Shown here: in pieces, positions 54,501-62,861 of the stretch
Layout: every line of letters begins with the position of its first letter
How positions within the stretch are numbered: position 1 is the stretch's first letter
Source: Sphingopyxis sp.
GTDB lineage: Bacteria > Pseudomonadota > Alphaproteobacteria > Sphingomonadales > Sphingomonadaceae
Length of the DNA: 64,000 bases
Reading direction: 5' to 3'
Assembly: GCF_036675685.1 (NCBI RefSeq)
Contig: NZ_JAKFEM010000042.1
Coordinates: 55,880 to 119,879, forward strand
Made by a program: the position numbers and the translations under genes
Notes under the pieces: generated by a model
Seen by the model: the letters and a program-made list of their open reading frames with translations, nothing else
Database searches by the model: none
What the model was told of the DNA's origin: nothing

Positions 54501-55643
54501 ATGGCAGCGTCATTCCCAATAACGCGCCGTGCGGTCATCGCGGGCGCGGTCGGGGTCGCTTTGTCCGCGCCGATGGTGAACCGGGGAGCCTATGCGTTTG
54601 CCGCGGCGCCGGGGCGCAGCTATTCGCGCCGCGCGGTCGATCTCGTCGCTTCGTCGCTGGTGATCGACATGCTCGCGCCGCTCAAGATCACGATGTCGGA
54701 GGACTATGTCGCGCATCGGCTGACCGACGCCGAAGCGGCCGAGTTCCAAGCGTCGGGCATCACCGGCTTTCACAACGCCTATGGCCTCGGCGGACCCGAT
54801 GCGAAGAGCCAAGCGCTCGCCTTCCTCGCCGGCTGGCAGGGCTTTGCCGGGCGCAACAGCCATGTCTTCACGCTCGTCGACACCGTCGCCGATCTCGATC
54901 GCGCCAAGGCCGACAAGAAATGCGCGGTCATCATGGGCATCCAGAATGCCGAGCATTTCGAGAAGATCGAGGATGTCGCGCTGTTCCGCCGCCTCGGCCT
55001 CCGCTGCGCGCAGCTCACCTATAACAGCCAGAATATGATCGGGTCGGGTAGCACCGAACGCGTCGATGGCGGGGTTAGCGATTATGGCGCTGCGATCATC
55101 GCCGAGATGGAAAAGCAGCGCATGCTCGTCGACGTCTCGCACTGCGGCGACAAGACGACGCTCGACGCCATCGCCATCGCCAAGGGACCGATCGCGATCA
55201 CCCACAGCAACGCGCGCGCGCTGGTCGACCATCCGCGCGTCAAGACCGACGCGGCGATCAAGGTGCTCGCGGCGAAGGGCGGCGTCATGGGTATAACCGG
55301 GGTGCGCATGTTCGTCCGCCTGACCGATCCGACCAACGTCGGGCATATGGCCGACCATATCGACCATGTCGCAAAGCTTGTCGGGATCGACCATGTCGGC
55401 ATCGGCTCCGACGCCGATCTCCATGGCTATGACGACATGATCCCGGCCGAATATGCGGCGCTCAAGGGGCTCTACAAGGGCAGCTACGCCTTTCGCGACA
55501 AGATCGACATCGACGGCTTTGACCACCCCCTCAAGGTCTTTGACCTGACCGAGGAGCTGATCCGCCGCGGCTATTCCAACGAAAACATCCGGGCCGTGCT
55601 CGGTGGCAATTTCCGCCGCCTGCTCGCCCAAGTCTGGGGGTAA
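54501..55643 (+). CDS. M19 membrane dipeptidase family protein, Tat signal
   Basis: GAGGGGAGG ribosome-binding site. The twin-arginine leader is MAASFPITRRAVIAGAVGVAL. Renal-dipeptidase-family motifs are present: VIDMLAP, DVSHCGDKT, THSNARAL and GIGSDAD. Confidence 0.85.
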   Translation: MAASFPITRRAVIAGAVGVALSAPMVNRGAYAFAAAPGRSYSRRAVDLVASSLVIDMLAPLKITMSEDYVAHRLTDAEAAEFQASGITGFHNAYGLGGPDAKSQALAFLAGWQGFAGRNSHVFTLVDTVADLDRAKADKKCAVIMGIQNAEHFEKIEDVALFRRLGLRCAQLTYNSQNMIGSGSTERVDGGVSDYGAAIIAEMEKQRMLVDVSHCGDKTTLDAIAIAKGPIAITHSNARALVDHPRVKTDAAIKVLAAKGGVMGITGVRMFVRLTDPTNVGHMADHIDHVAKLVGIDHVGIGSDADLHGYDDMIPAEYAALKGLYKGSYAFRDKIDIDGFDHPLKVFDLTEELIRRGYSNENIRAVLGGNFRRLLAQVWG

Positions 55644-55647
55644 GGCA

Positions 55648-57834
55648 ATGAAACAGGGACTCTTTATCACGGGAAGCATCGCCGCATTGATGGCCGCTAT
55701 GCCGGCGCAGGCGCAGGAACCGGTCGCCGTCGAGGCGACGGGCGAAATCGTCGTCACCGCGCAAAAGCGCGTGCAGAATGTGCAGGACGTGCCGATCTCG
55801 ATCGCCGTCGTCAGCGGTGAGGAGCTGCAGGAACAGGGTTCGGCCTCGCTTGTCGACTATGCGGGTTACGTTCCTGGCATGAACGTCAGCAACAGCGGCA
55901 CGCCGGGGCAGACGACGATCACGCTGCGCGGCGTCGCGCCGCTCAACAACAGCCAGACCGTCGGCATCTATCTCGACGACGCGCCCGTGGGCTCAAGCGC
56001 GATCTACAACCGCGCCGGGGCGTTCACAATCGACCTCATGCCCTATGATCTTCAACGGATCGAGGTGCTGAAGGGGCCGCAGGGCACGCTCTATGGCGCG
56101 AGCTCGATCGGCGGTCTGGTGAAATATGTCACCGTCCAGCCCGACACCCGCGAATTCAAGGTGCGCGCCGGGGTCGAAGGCTTTGCGATCAAGGGCGGCG
56201 ACGGGCTCGGCTGGGGGGCGCAGGCGATGGTCAATGTGCCGATCGTCGAGGACAGGCTGGCGGTCAGCGGCAGTTTCGCGTGGCGCAGCACGCCGGGCTG
56301 GGTCGACAGCGTCAACAATGCTGCGCTGAAAGACCAGAACGACTATGAGCAGCGCGGCGGCCGCGTCGCGCTGTTGTGGACGCCGACGCCCGAACTCAGC
56401 GTGAAGCTTGCCGCGATCTGGCAGTCGCTCGATTCCGAAGGCAATGGTCTTTATGCCGCCGACCTCACCGGCAAGCGGCTCGGCGATGGGCGCTCGTACA
56501 ATAATTATGTCCCCGAATCTTTCGACGTCGATCTCGACTATTATTCGGCGACGATCGACTATGATTTCGGCGCCGCGACGCTGACCTCGGCGACGACCTA
56601 CAGCAAGACGCAGAGCGCGCAGGTGCAGGACGCGAGCTATGCCTTTGGCGTGCTCTTCCCGCTGCTCACCGGCGGCGCGATTCCGCCGGGCATCACGCCT
56701 TTCGCGCTCGATCTCGGCCTCAAGAAATGGACGCAGGAGGTGCGTCTCGCCTCGCCGAGCGGCGGGCGTTTCGAATGGCTGATCGGCGGCTTCTTCACCG
56801 ATGAGAAGACGAGCAATTCGCAGCTTGTCCGCTCGTTCGATATGGCGGGCAATCCGATCGCACCGCTCGATCCGCTCGCGACCGTCGGCCTGCCCGCGAC
56901 CTACAAGGAATATGCGGTCTTCGGTAACGCGACCTTCAAATTGAGCGAGCAGTTCGAAATCACCGGCGGGCTGCGCTGGGCACGCAACGACCAGACCTTC
57001 CGCCAGATCAGCTCGGGCGCGATCGTGCCGCAGGCCGATGATCCCGGCAAATCGTCGGAGGATGTCTTCACCTATTCGATCAGTCCGCAGTTCCACATCA
57101 ATGAGGATGCGATGCTCTATGCGCGTCTCGCCACCGGCTATCGGCCCGGCGGCCCGAACGTCATCGTTCCCAATGTGCCGCCGACGGTCGATGCCGACCG
57201 GATGAAAAACTATGAGGTCGGGCTGAAGGCCGATTTCGCTGATCGCATGGTCTCGGTCGATGTCGCGCTCTTCTTGATGGACTGGACCGACATTCAGGTC
57301 GTGCGTTCCTTTGGCGGCGTGTCGGGCGGGGCGAACGGCGGCAAGGCGAGGAGCAAGGGCATCGAGGGCAGCTTCGCGCTGCGCCCGGCGCCCGGCCTGA
57401 CGATCAGCGCGACGGGCAGCTACACCGACGCGGTGCTCAGCGAGGATGTGCCAGACATCAGCGGCGTCGACGGCGACCGCCTGCCCGCGGTGCCGAAGTT
57501 CAGCGGCGCGCTGCGCGCCGATTATGAGTTCGAACTCGGCAGCAGCAACAAGGGCAGCTTCGGCGCCGGCGTCCGTCACGCCAGCAGCCGGCTTTCGCTG
57601 GTCGAGAGCGACCCGCTCGTCGCACGCGCCAAACCCTACACGTCGGTTGACCTCAACGCCTCGATCACGTTCAACGATCACTGGACAGTGCGCGCCTATG
57701 CCCGCAACCTGTTCGACAACAAGGGCGAGATGGCGCGGTCGACGATGGCCGACGGACTCAACCGCCCGAGCTTCCTTGCGATTTCGCCGTTGCAGCCACG
57801 GACTATCGGCGTCGCGCTCGACATGGCCTTTTGA
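55648..57834 (+). CDS. TonB-dependent receptor
   Basis: ATG 55648 lies 4 nt after the dipeptidase stop. The signal peptide ends AMPAQAQE. The plug is IVVTAQKRVQNVQDVPISIAVVSGEELQ..ITLRGV. The barrel ends ...IGVALDMAF. Confidence 0.9.
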   Translation: MKQGLFITGSIAALMAAMPAQAQEPVAVEATGEIVVTAQKRVQNVQDVPISIAVVSGEELQEQGSASLVDYAGYVPGMNVSNSGTPGQTTITLRGVAPLNNSQTVGIYLDDAPVGSSAIYNRAGAFTIDLMPYDLQRIEVLKGPQGTLYGASSIGGLVKYVTVQPDTREFKVRAGVEGFAIKGGDGLGWGAQAMVNVPIVEDRLAVSGSFAWRSTPGWVDSVNNAALKDQNDYEQRGGRVALLWTPTPELSVKLAAIWQSLDSEGNGLYAADLTGKRLGDGRSYNNYVPESFDVDLDYYSATIDYDFGAATLTSATTYSKTQSAQVQDASYAFGVLFPLLTGGAIPPGITPFALDLGLKKWTQEVRLASPSGGRFEWLIGGFFTDEKTSNSQLVRSFDMAGNPIAPLDPLATVGLPATYKEYAVFGNATFKLSEQFEITGGLRWARNDQTFRQISSGAIVPQADDPGKSSEDVFTYSISPQFHINEDAMLYARLATGYRPGGPNVIVPNVPPTVDADRMKNYEVGLKADFADRMVSVDVALFLMDWTDIQVVRSFGGVSGGANGGKARSKGIEGSFALRPAPGLTISATGSYTDAVLSEDVPDISGVDGDRLPAVPKFSGALRADYEFELGSSNKGSFGAGVRHASSRLSLVESDPLVARAKPYTSVDLNASITFNDHWTVRAYARNLFDNKGEMARSTMADGLNRPSFLAISPLQPRTIGVALDMAF

Positions 57835-57854
57835 GCGGATTGGAGTTGGAAACG

Positions 57855-58895
57855 ATGAACGCGCCCATCGGCAGGCTGGCTGACAGCCTGACCCTGCCGC
57901 AACCCTATCTGCTGTTCCTCGGCGACACGACCGAGGCGGGCTATGCCAAGACCGCCTTCGGTCTCGCCGACTGGGCGGCCGACCGCTGCGTCGGCGAGCT
58001 CGCGATCACGGGCTGCACCGTCACCACCGGCCTGCCGCGCCTGTCGCCCGCCGAAGCGCGGGCGGCTGGGGCACGGTCGCTGGTGATCGGGGTCGCGAAC
58101 CAGGGCGGGGTGATCGGCGACAGCTGGATCGCCGCGCTGGTCGAGGCGATGGAGGCCGGGCTCGACATCGTCAGCGGGCTCCACGTCCGGCTGGCGAGCC
58201 TGCCCGTGCTGGCCGAGGCGGCGAAGCGTACCGGGCAGCGGCTGATCGACGTGCGCACCCCGCCGCCGTCGATCCCGATCGGCAATGGCCGCAAGCGCAG
58301 CGGCAAACGGCTGCTCACCGTCGGGACCGATTGCGCGCTCGGCAAGAAATATACCGCGCTCGCGCTGCATCGCGCGTTCGTCGAACGCGGCATCGACGCC
58401 GATTTTCGCGCGACCGGCCAGACGGGCATCATGATCGCGGGGGGCGGCATGCCGATGGACGCGGTGGTTTCGGATTTCGAGGCGGGGGCCGCGGAGATAT
58501 TGAGCCCCGACGCGCCCGATCATCATTGGGATCTGATCGAAGGGCAGGGGTCGATCTTCAACCCCGCCTATGCCGCGGTGTCGCTGGGGCTGCTTCATGG
58601 CAGCCAGCCCGATGTCTTCGTCGTCTGCCACGACCCGACGCGCAAGGTGATCCTCGGCATGGAAAGTTTCGCTCTGCCTTCGATCGAGGAGGTCATCGAC
58701 CTGACGATCCGCCTCGGCAGCCGCACCAATCCGGCGATCCGCTGCGGCGGCGTCAGCCTCAACACGTCGGCCTACGATGCCGACGCGGCCGAAGCCTTGA
58801 TGGCCGCCGAACGGCAGCGGCTTGGCCTTCCCGTCGCCGATCCGATCCGCGGCGGCGCGGCGTTCGACGCGCTCGTCGAAAATATTCTCGCGTGA
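57855..58895 (+). CDS. dgcN: DUF1611-family protein (N-acetyltransferase DgcN-like)
   Basis: ATG 57855 follows GGAG. The sequence PYLLFLGD...AKTAFGLADW...LVIGVANQGG...LLTVGTDCALGKKYTAL...GQGSIFNPAY matches my recollection of DUF1611/DgcN proteins. Confidence 0.7.
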   Translation: MNAPIGRLADSLTLPQPYLLFLGDTTEAGYAKTAFGLADWAADRCVGELAITGCTVTTGLPRLSPAEARAAGARSLVIGVANQGGVIGDSWIAALVEAMEAGLDIVSGLHVRLASLPVLAEAAKRTGQRLIDVRTPPPSIPIGNGRKRSGKRLLTVGTDCALGKKYTALALHRAFVERGIDADFRATGQTGIMIAGGGMPMDAVVSDFEAGAAEILSPDAPDHHWDLIEGQGSIFNPAYAAVSLGLLHGSQPDVFVVCHDPTRKVILGMESFALPSIEEVIDLTIRLGSRTNPAIRCGGVSLNTSAYDADAAEALMAAERQRLGLPVADPIRGGAAFDALVENILA

Positions 58896-60031
58896 GTGTG
58901 GGCGAGACGGGCGGCAGGTCGAGCTGGTTCCAGCGCTTCCTGCTGCCCGGGTTTGCGCTGAAGGCCGTCATTATCGGCGGCGGATATGCGACGGGGCGCG
59001 AGCTCGCCGAATATTTTGTTCCCGCGGGGCCGTGGGGCGGGCTCGCCGCGATGCTGCTCGCGACGCTTGTCTGGAGCGTCGTAGCGGCGCTGACCTTCGC
59101 GCTCGCGCGCTCGCTTGGAGCCTATGATTATCGCGGCTTTTTCAAGGGGCTTCTCGGCCCTGCCTGGGTCGCGTTCGAGGTCGCGTACATCATCTTTGTC
59201 ATTCTGATCCTTGCGGTGTTTGGCGCCGCAGCAGGCGCGATCGGTGCCGCGACCTTCGGCTGGCCTGAGGCGCTTGGGTCGGTGTTGCTCGCGGTCGCGA
59301 TTGTCGCGGTGATTGCATGGGGCACGGGCGCGGTCGAGCGGATGTTCAAATACGTCTCGATCCTGCTCTATGCCGTTTACGGGCTTTTCCTTGTCCTCGC
59401 GCTCGCGAGCTTCGGCGGGCTGATCGGGCGGGGCTTTGCCGATGCGCCGCCGCCGTCGGGCAACTGGATGGCGGGCGGGCTGACCTATGCGAGTTACAAT
59501 ATCGTTGGTGCCGTGGTGATCCTGCCGGTGCTGCGCCATCTGACCAGCCAGCGCGACGCGGTGGTCGCCGGGCTGATCGCGGGGCCGCTGTCGATGCTGC
59601 CCGCGATCCTCTTCTTCGTCGCGATGATGGCCTTCTACCCCGCGATCGGCGCCGAGACGCTGCCGTCGGACTTCCTGCTGCGTCAGATGACGGTGCCGGG
59701 CTTCCATGTCCTCTTTCAGGTGATGATCTTCGCCGCGCTCCTCGAAAGCGGCGCCGGGTCGGTGCATGCGATCAACGAGCGGATTTCGGGCGCGATCGAA
59801 AGCCGCGGCCGGCCGGCGCTGACGCCCGGCGGGCGCGCCATCATCGGCGCGGTGATCCTGACGGGCTGCATGTTCGTCGCGGCGCGCATCGGCCTCGTCG
59901 ACCTGATCGCCAGCGGATACCGCTTCCTCGCCTGGCTGTTCCTGATCGTCTTCGTCGCGCCGCTGCTGACCATCGGTGTCTGGCACCTGCTTCGCCGTCC
60001 CTCGCTTCCGCAAATGGAGTCCGTGCCATGA
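58892..60031 (+). CDS. Polytopic inner-membrane protein, YkvI-like putative transporter
   Basis: Uses the frame of ORF 58331..60031. The GTG 58892 start overlaps the dgcN-like stop (GTGA); GTG 58898 is an alternative. FQRFLLPGFALKAVIIGGGYATGRELAEYF and ~10 hydrophobic segments are present. The family assignment is tentative. Confidence 0.65.
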   Translation: MSVGETGGRSSWFQRFLLPGFALKAVIIGGGYATGRELAEYFVPAGPWGGLAAMLLATLVWSVVAALTFALARSLGAYDYRGFFKGLLGPAWVAFEVAYIIFVILILAVFGAAAGAIGAATFGWPEALGSVLLAVAIVAVIAWGTGAVERMFKYVSILLYAVYGLFLVLALASFGGLIGRGFADAPPPSGNWMAGGLTYASYNIVGAVVILPVLRHLTSQRDAVVAGLIAGPLSMLPAILFFVAMMAFYPAIGAETLPSDFLLRQMTVPGFHVLFQVMIFAALLESGAGSVHAINERISGAIESRGRPALTPGGRAIIGAVILTGCMFVAARIGLVDLIASGYRFLAWLFLIVFVAPLLTIGVWHLLRRPSLPQMESVP

Positions 60032-61605
60032 AAGCCGCTCGTCTGATCGCCCTGTCGTTGATGCTTTCGGTGGCCGCGCCTGCCTGGGCCGAACCGCCTG
60101 CCAATATCGGCGAAAGCGTCGAGGCGCTGCGCAAGAAGGTCGGCGCCGCCGGCGTATCGATCGCGATCGTCGAGGATGGCAAGACGACACTCTCGCGCGG
60201 CTGGGGTGTACGCAAGATCGGCGAGCGTGCGCCGGTCGACGCGCAAACGATCTTCCAGACCGGATCGACCGGCAAGGCGATGACCGCGGCGGCGCTCGCG
60301 ATCCTCGTCGACGAGGGCAAGATCGCGTGGGACGATCCGGTGATCAAGCATATGCCGTGGTTCCGCATGTATGACGCGTGGGTGACGCGCGAGATCACGA
60401 TCCGCGACCTGCTCGTGCATCGCAGCGGACTCGGGCTGGGGCAGGGCGATTTGATGTTCGTGCCGCGCACACATTTGACCCGCAAACAGACCGTCGAGCG
60501 CGTCGCCTACCTCAAGCCGAAGACGAGTTTCCGCTCGGCCTATGCCTATGACAATATCCTCTATGCGGTCGCCGGCCAGCTGATCGAGGAAGTCACCGGG
60601 CAGACATGGGAAGCCTTCATGCGGACGCGCGTACTGCGCGCCGGCGGGATGAAAAACGCCACCAGCGACAGCGAAGACCGCTTCCGCATTCCCAATCGCT
60701 CATGGCCGCATGCGCGCCTGTCGGGATCGCTGCGCGGCCTCGGCCCGCAGGCGGCGCTCGACGAACGCGACGAGCTTGGCCGCAACGGCGCGCCCGCGGG
60801 CGGGCTCGCGCTCAGCGCCGACGACATGGCGGCGTGGCTCAAGATCCAGCTCGCGCACGGCGCGCTCCCGAACGGGAAGCGGTTGTTCAGTGAGGCGCAG
60901 GCGACCGAAATGTGGGCGCCGGTCACGCCGATGCCGATCACCCCGCTGCCCGACAGCCTCAAACCCGCACAGCCGATGCAGCAGGCCTATGCGCTCGGCT
61001 GGCAGGTGCAGGATTATCGCGGCCACCGCATCGTCCAGCACAGCGGCGGCGTCTTCGGCTCGATCACCCGCGTCGTGATGATCCCCGACAAAAATGTCGG
61101 TTTTGCGATCATGATGAACAGCGAGGACAGCGGGATGATCCTCGGTCTGACTTTCGACCTGCTCGATCATTATCTGGACCAGCCCGATTACGGCTGGACG
61201 ACCAAATGGCAGAGCTGGTTCGAGGAGCGGCTCGCGGGCGGCGAGGCGTTCTTGAAACAATCGAAAGCGTCGCCGGTGAAATCGGGACCGTCGCTCGCGC
61301 TCGCGGGCTATACCGGGCGCTACCGCGATCCCTGGTATGGCGACGTCGTGATCGGATCGGCGGCGAAGGGGCTGACGATCGATTTCACCTCGACCCCGCG
61401 GATGGCGGGACGGCTCAAGCATTGGCAATATGACAGCTTCGTCACCGACTTCGACGATCCGGCGATCGAACCCGCCTATGTGACCTTCGCGCTCGACGCC
61501 GACGGCAAGGTGACGGGCGTAACGATGAAGGCGGTGAGCCAGATCGCCGACTTCAGCTGGGATTATCACGACCTCGACCTGAAGCCGGTGGAGGACAAGA
61601 AGTGA
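60028..61605 (+). CDS. S12 (beta-lactamase family) serine hydrolase, secreted
   Basis: ATGA overlap with the upstream gene. The signal peptide is MKAARLIALSLMLSVAAPAWA. The SxxK motif is GSTGKAMT and the YxN motif is AYDNILY. It has a C-terminal lipocalin-like extension. Confidence 0.85.
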   Translation: MKAARLIALSLMLSVAAPAWAEPPANIGESVEALRKKVGAAGVSIAIVEDGKTTLSRGWGVRKIGERAPVDAQTIFQTGSTGKAMTAAALAILVDEGKIAWDDPVIKHMPWFRMYDAWVTREITIRDLLVHRSGLGLGQGDLMFVPRTHLTRKQTVERVAYLKPKTSFRSAYAYDNILYAVAGQLIEEVTGQTWEAFMRTRVLRAGGMKNATSDSEDRFRIPNRSWPHARLSGSLRGLGPQAALDERDELGRNGAPAGGLALSADDMAAWLKIQLAHGALPNGKRLFSEAQATEMWAPVTPMPITPLPDSLKPAQPMQQAYALGWQVQDYRGHRIVQHSGGVFGSITRVVMIPDKNVGFAIMMNSEDSGMILGLTFDLLDHYLDQPDYGWTTKWQSWFEERLAGGEAFLKQSKASPVKSGPSLALAGYTGRYRDPWYGDVVIGSAAKGLTIDFTSTPRMAGRLKHWQYDSFVTDFDDPAIEPAYVTFALDADGKVTGVTMKAVSQIADFSWDYHDLDLKPVEDKK

Positions 61606-62792
61606 AGCGCATCGCCGCCCTGCTGGCCGCGACGGCGCTATCCGCCTGTTCGGCGGGCGGTGATAAGCCGAAGGAACCCGAAGCGCCGCTCCACAGCCGG
61701 ATGCTCGTCCTCGACACGCATCTCGACACGCCGCTGCATTTCGAGCGGCAGGGGTGGAGTTTCGCCGACCGCCACGCGCTCGCCGATGACCTGTCGCAGC
61801 TCGACATCCCGCGGATGAAGGACGGCAATCTCGATGGCGGCTTCTTCGCCATCTATACCGACCAGGGGCCGCTCACGCCGCAGGGCTATGCCGCGGCGCT
61901 GGCGCATGCGCGGAAGCGGTCGGACCTGATCGACCGGACGATGGCGGCGCACGCTGATGCGATCGGTCCCGCGCTGACCGCCGACGATGCGCGGCGGCTG
62001 GACAAGGCGGGCAAGCTGATTGCGTTCAAGTCGATGGAGAACAGCTATCCGCTCGGCGAGGATCTGTCGCTGCTCGGCGAATTCTACAAAAAGGGCCTGC
62101 GGCTCGCGGGGCCGGTGCATTCGAAGAACAACCAGTTCGCCGACAGCGCGACCGACAAACCGCGCTGGAACGGGCTGAGCCCGCTCGGCAAGCAATGGGT
62201 CGCCGAAATGAACCGGCTCGGCATCGTGATCGACGCGAGCCACTCCTCGGACGCGACTTTCGACCAGCTGCTTGCGCTGTCGAAATATCCGATCCTGCTC
62301 TCGCACTCGAGTCTGCGCTCGGCGCACGACCATCCGCGCAACCTCGACGAAGGACGGCTGAAAACACTGGCGGCGAAGGGCGGCGCGATGTGCATCTCGA
62401 CCATCTTCATGTCCGAAATGAATATGTCGCCCGAACGCGCCGAACTGTTCGGGAAATATGAACATGCCGGCGAGCTGACGCCGGCCGAACAGGCCGATCT
62501 CACCCGCAAGTGGCGCGAACTCGACAAGCGCGAGCCGATGTGGGCGGCCGATTTCGAGGCCTATATAAAAATGGTGCTGCGCGCGATCGAGATCGGCGGG
62601 GTCGATCATATCTGCTTCGGCGCCGATTGGGACGGCGGCGGCGGCCTTGCCGGGATCGAGGATATTTCGGCGCTGCCCAAGGTCACCGAACGGCTGAAGG
62701 CCGCGGGTTATTCGGACGCCGATATCGAGAAGATGTGGAGCGGCAATATCTTGCGCGTCGTCGCGGCGCAGGGGAAGGACGGCGGCCGCTAG
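61602..62792 (+). CDS. M19 membrane dipeptidase family lipoprotein
   Basis: The GTG start overlaps the upstream stop (GTGA). The lipobox is LAATALSAC. Motifs seen: VLDTHLDTP, DASHSSDAT, LSHSSLRS and FGADWDGGGG. Confidence 0.85.
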   Translation: MKRIAALLAATALSACSAGGDKPKEPEAPLHSRMLVLDTHLDTPLHFERQGWSFADRHALADDLSQLDIPRMKDGNLDGGFFAIYTDQGPLTPQGYAAALAHARKRSDLIDRTMAAHADAIGPALTADDARRLDKAGKLIAFKSMENSYPLGEDLSLLGEFYKKGLRLAGPVHSKNNQFADSATDKPRWNGLSPLGKQWVAEMNRLGIVIDASHSSDATFDQLLALSKYPILLSHSSLRSAHDHPRNLDEGRLKTLAAKGGAMCISTIFMSEMNMSPERAELFGKYEHAGELTPAEQADLTRKWRELDKREPMWAADFEAYIKMVLRAIEIGGVDHICFGADWDGGGGLAGIEDISALPKVTERLKAAGYSDADIEKMWSGNILRVVAAQGKDGGR

Positions 62793-62861
62793 GCCGGGCG
62801 GAGCGGACCCGAACAAGGCATTTGCTTATGCTGTGTTGCGGTTGTAATACGGCCGCTGAGC

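Noticed and set aside
58331-58891. The N-terminal 187 residues of track ORF 58331..60031, and similar 5' extensions of 59317..61605, 52739..54319, 24654..25466, 18936..21464, 22582..24984 and 34243..37578.
   Set aside because: These extensions overlap the preceding well-supported genes in another frame and are Arg/Pro-rich. Internal starts with a ribosome-binding site or start/stop overlaps give proteins that begin with sensible leaders.
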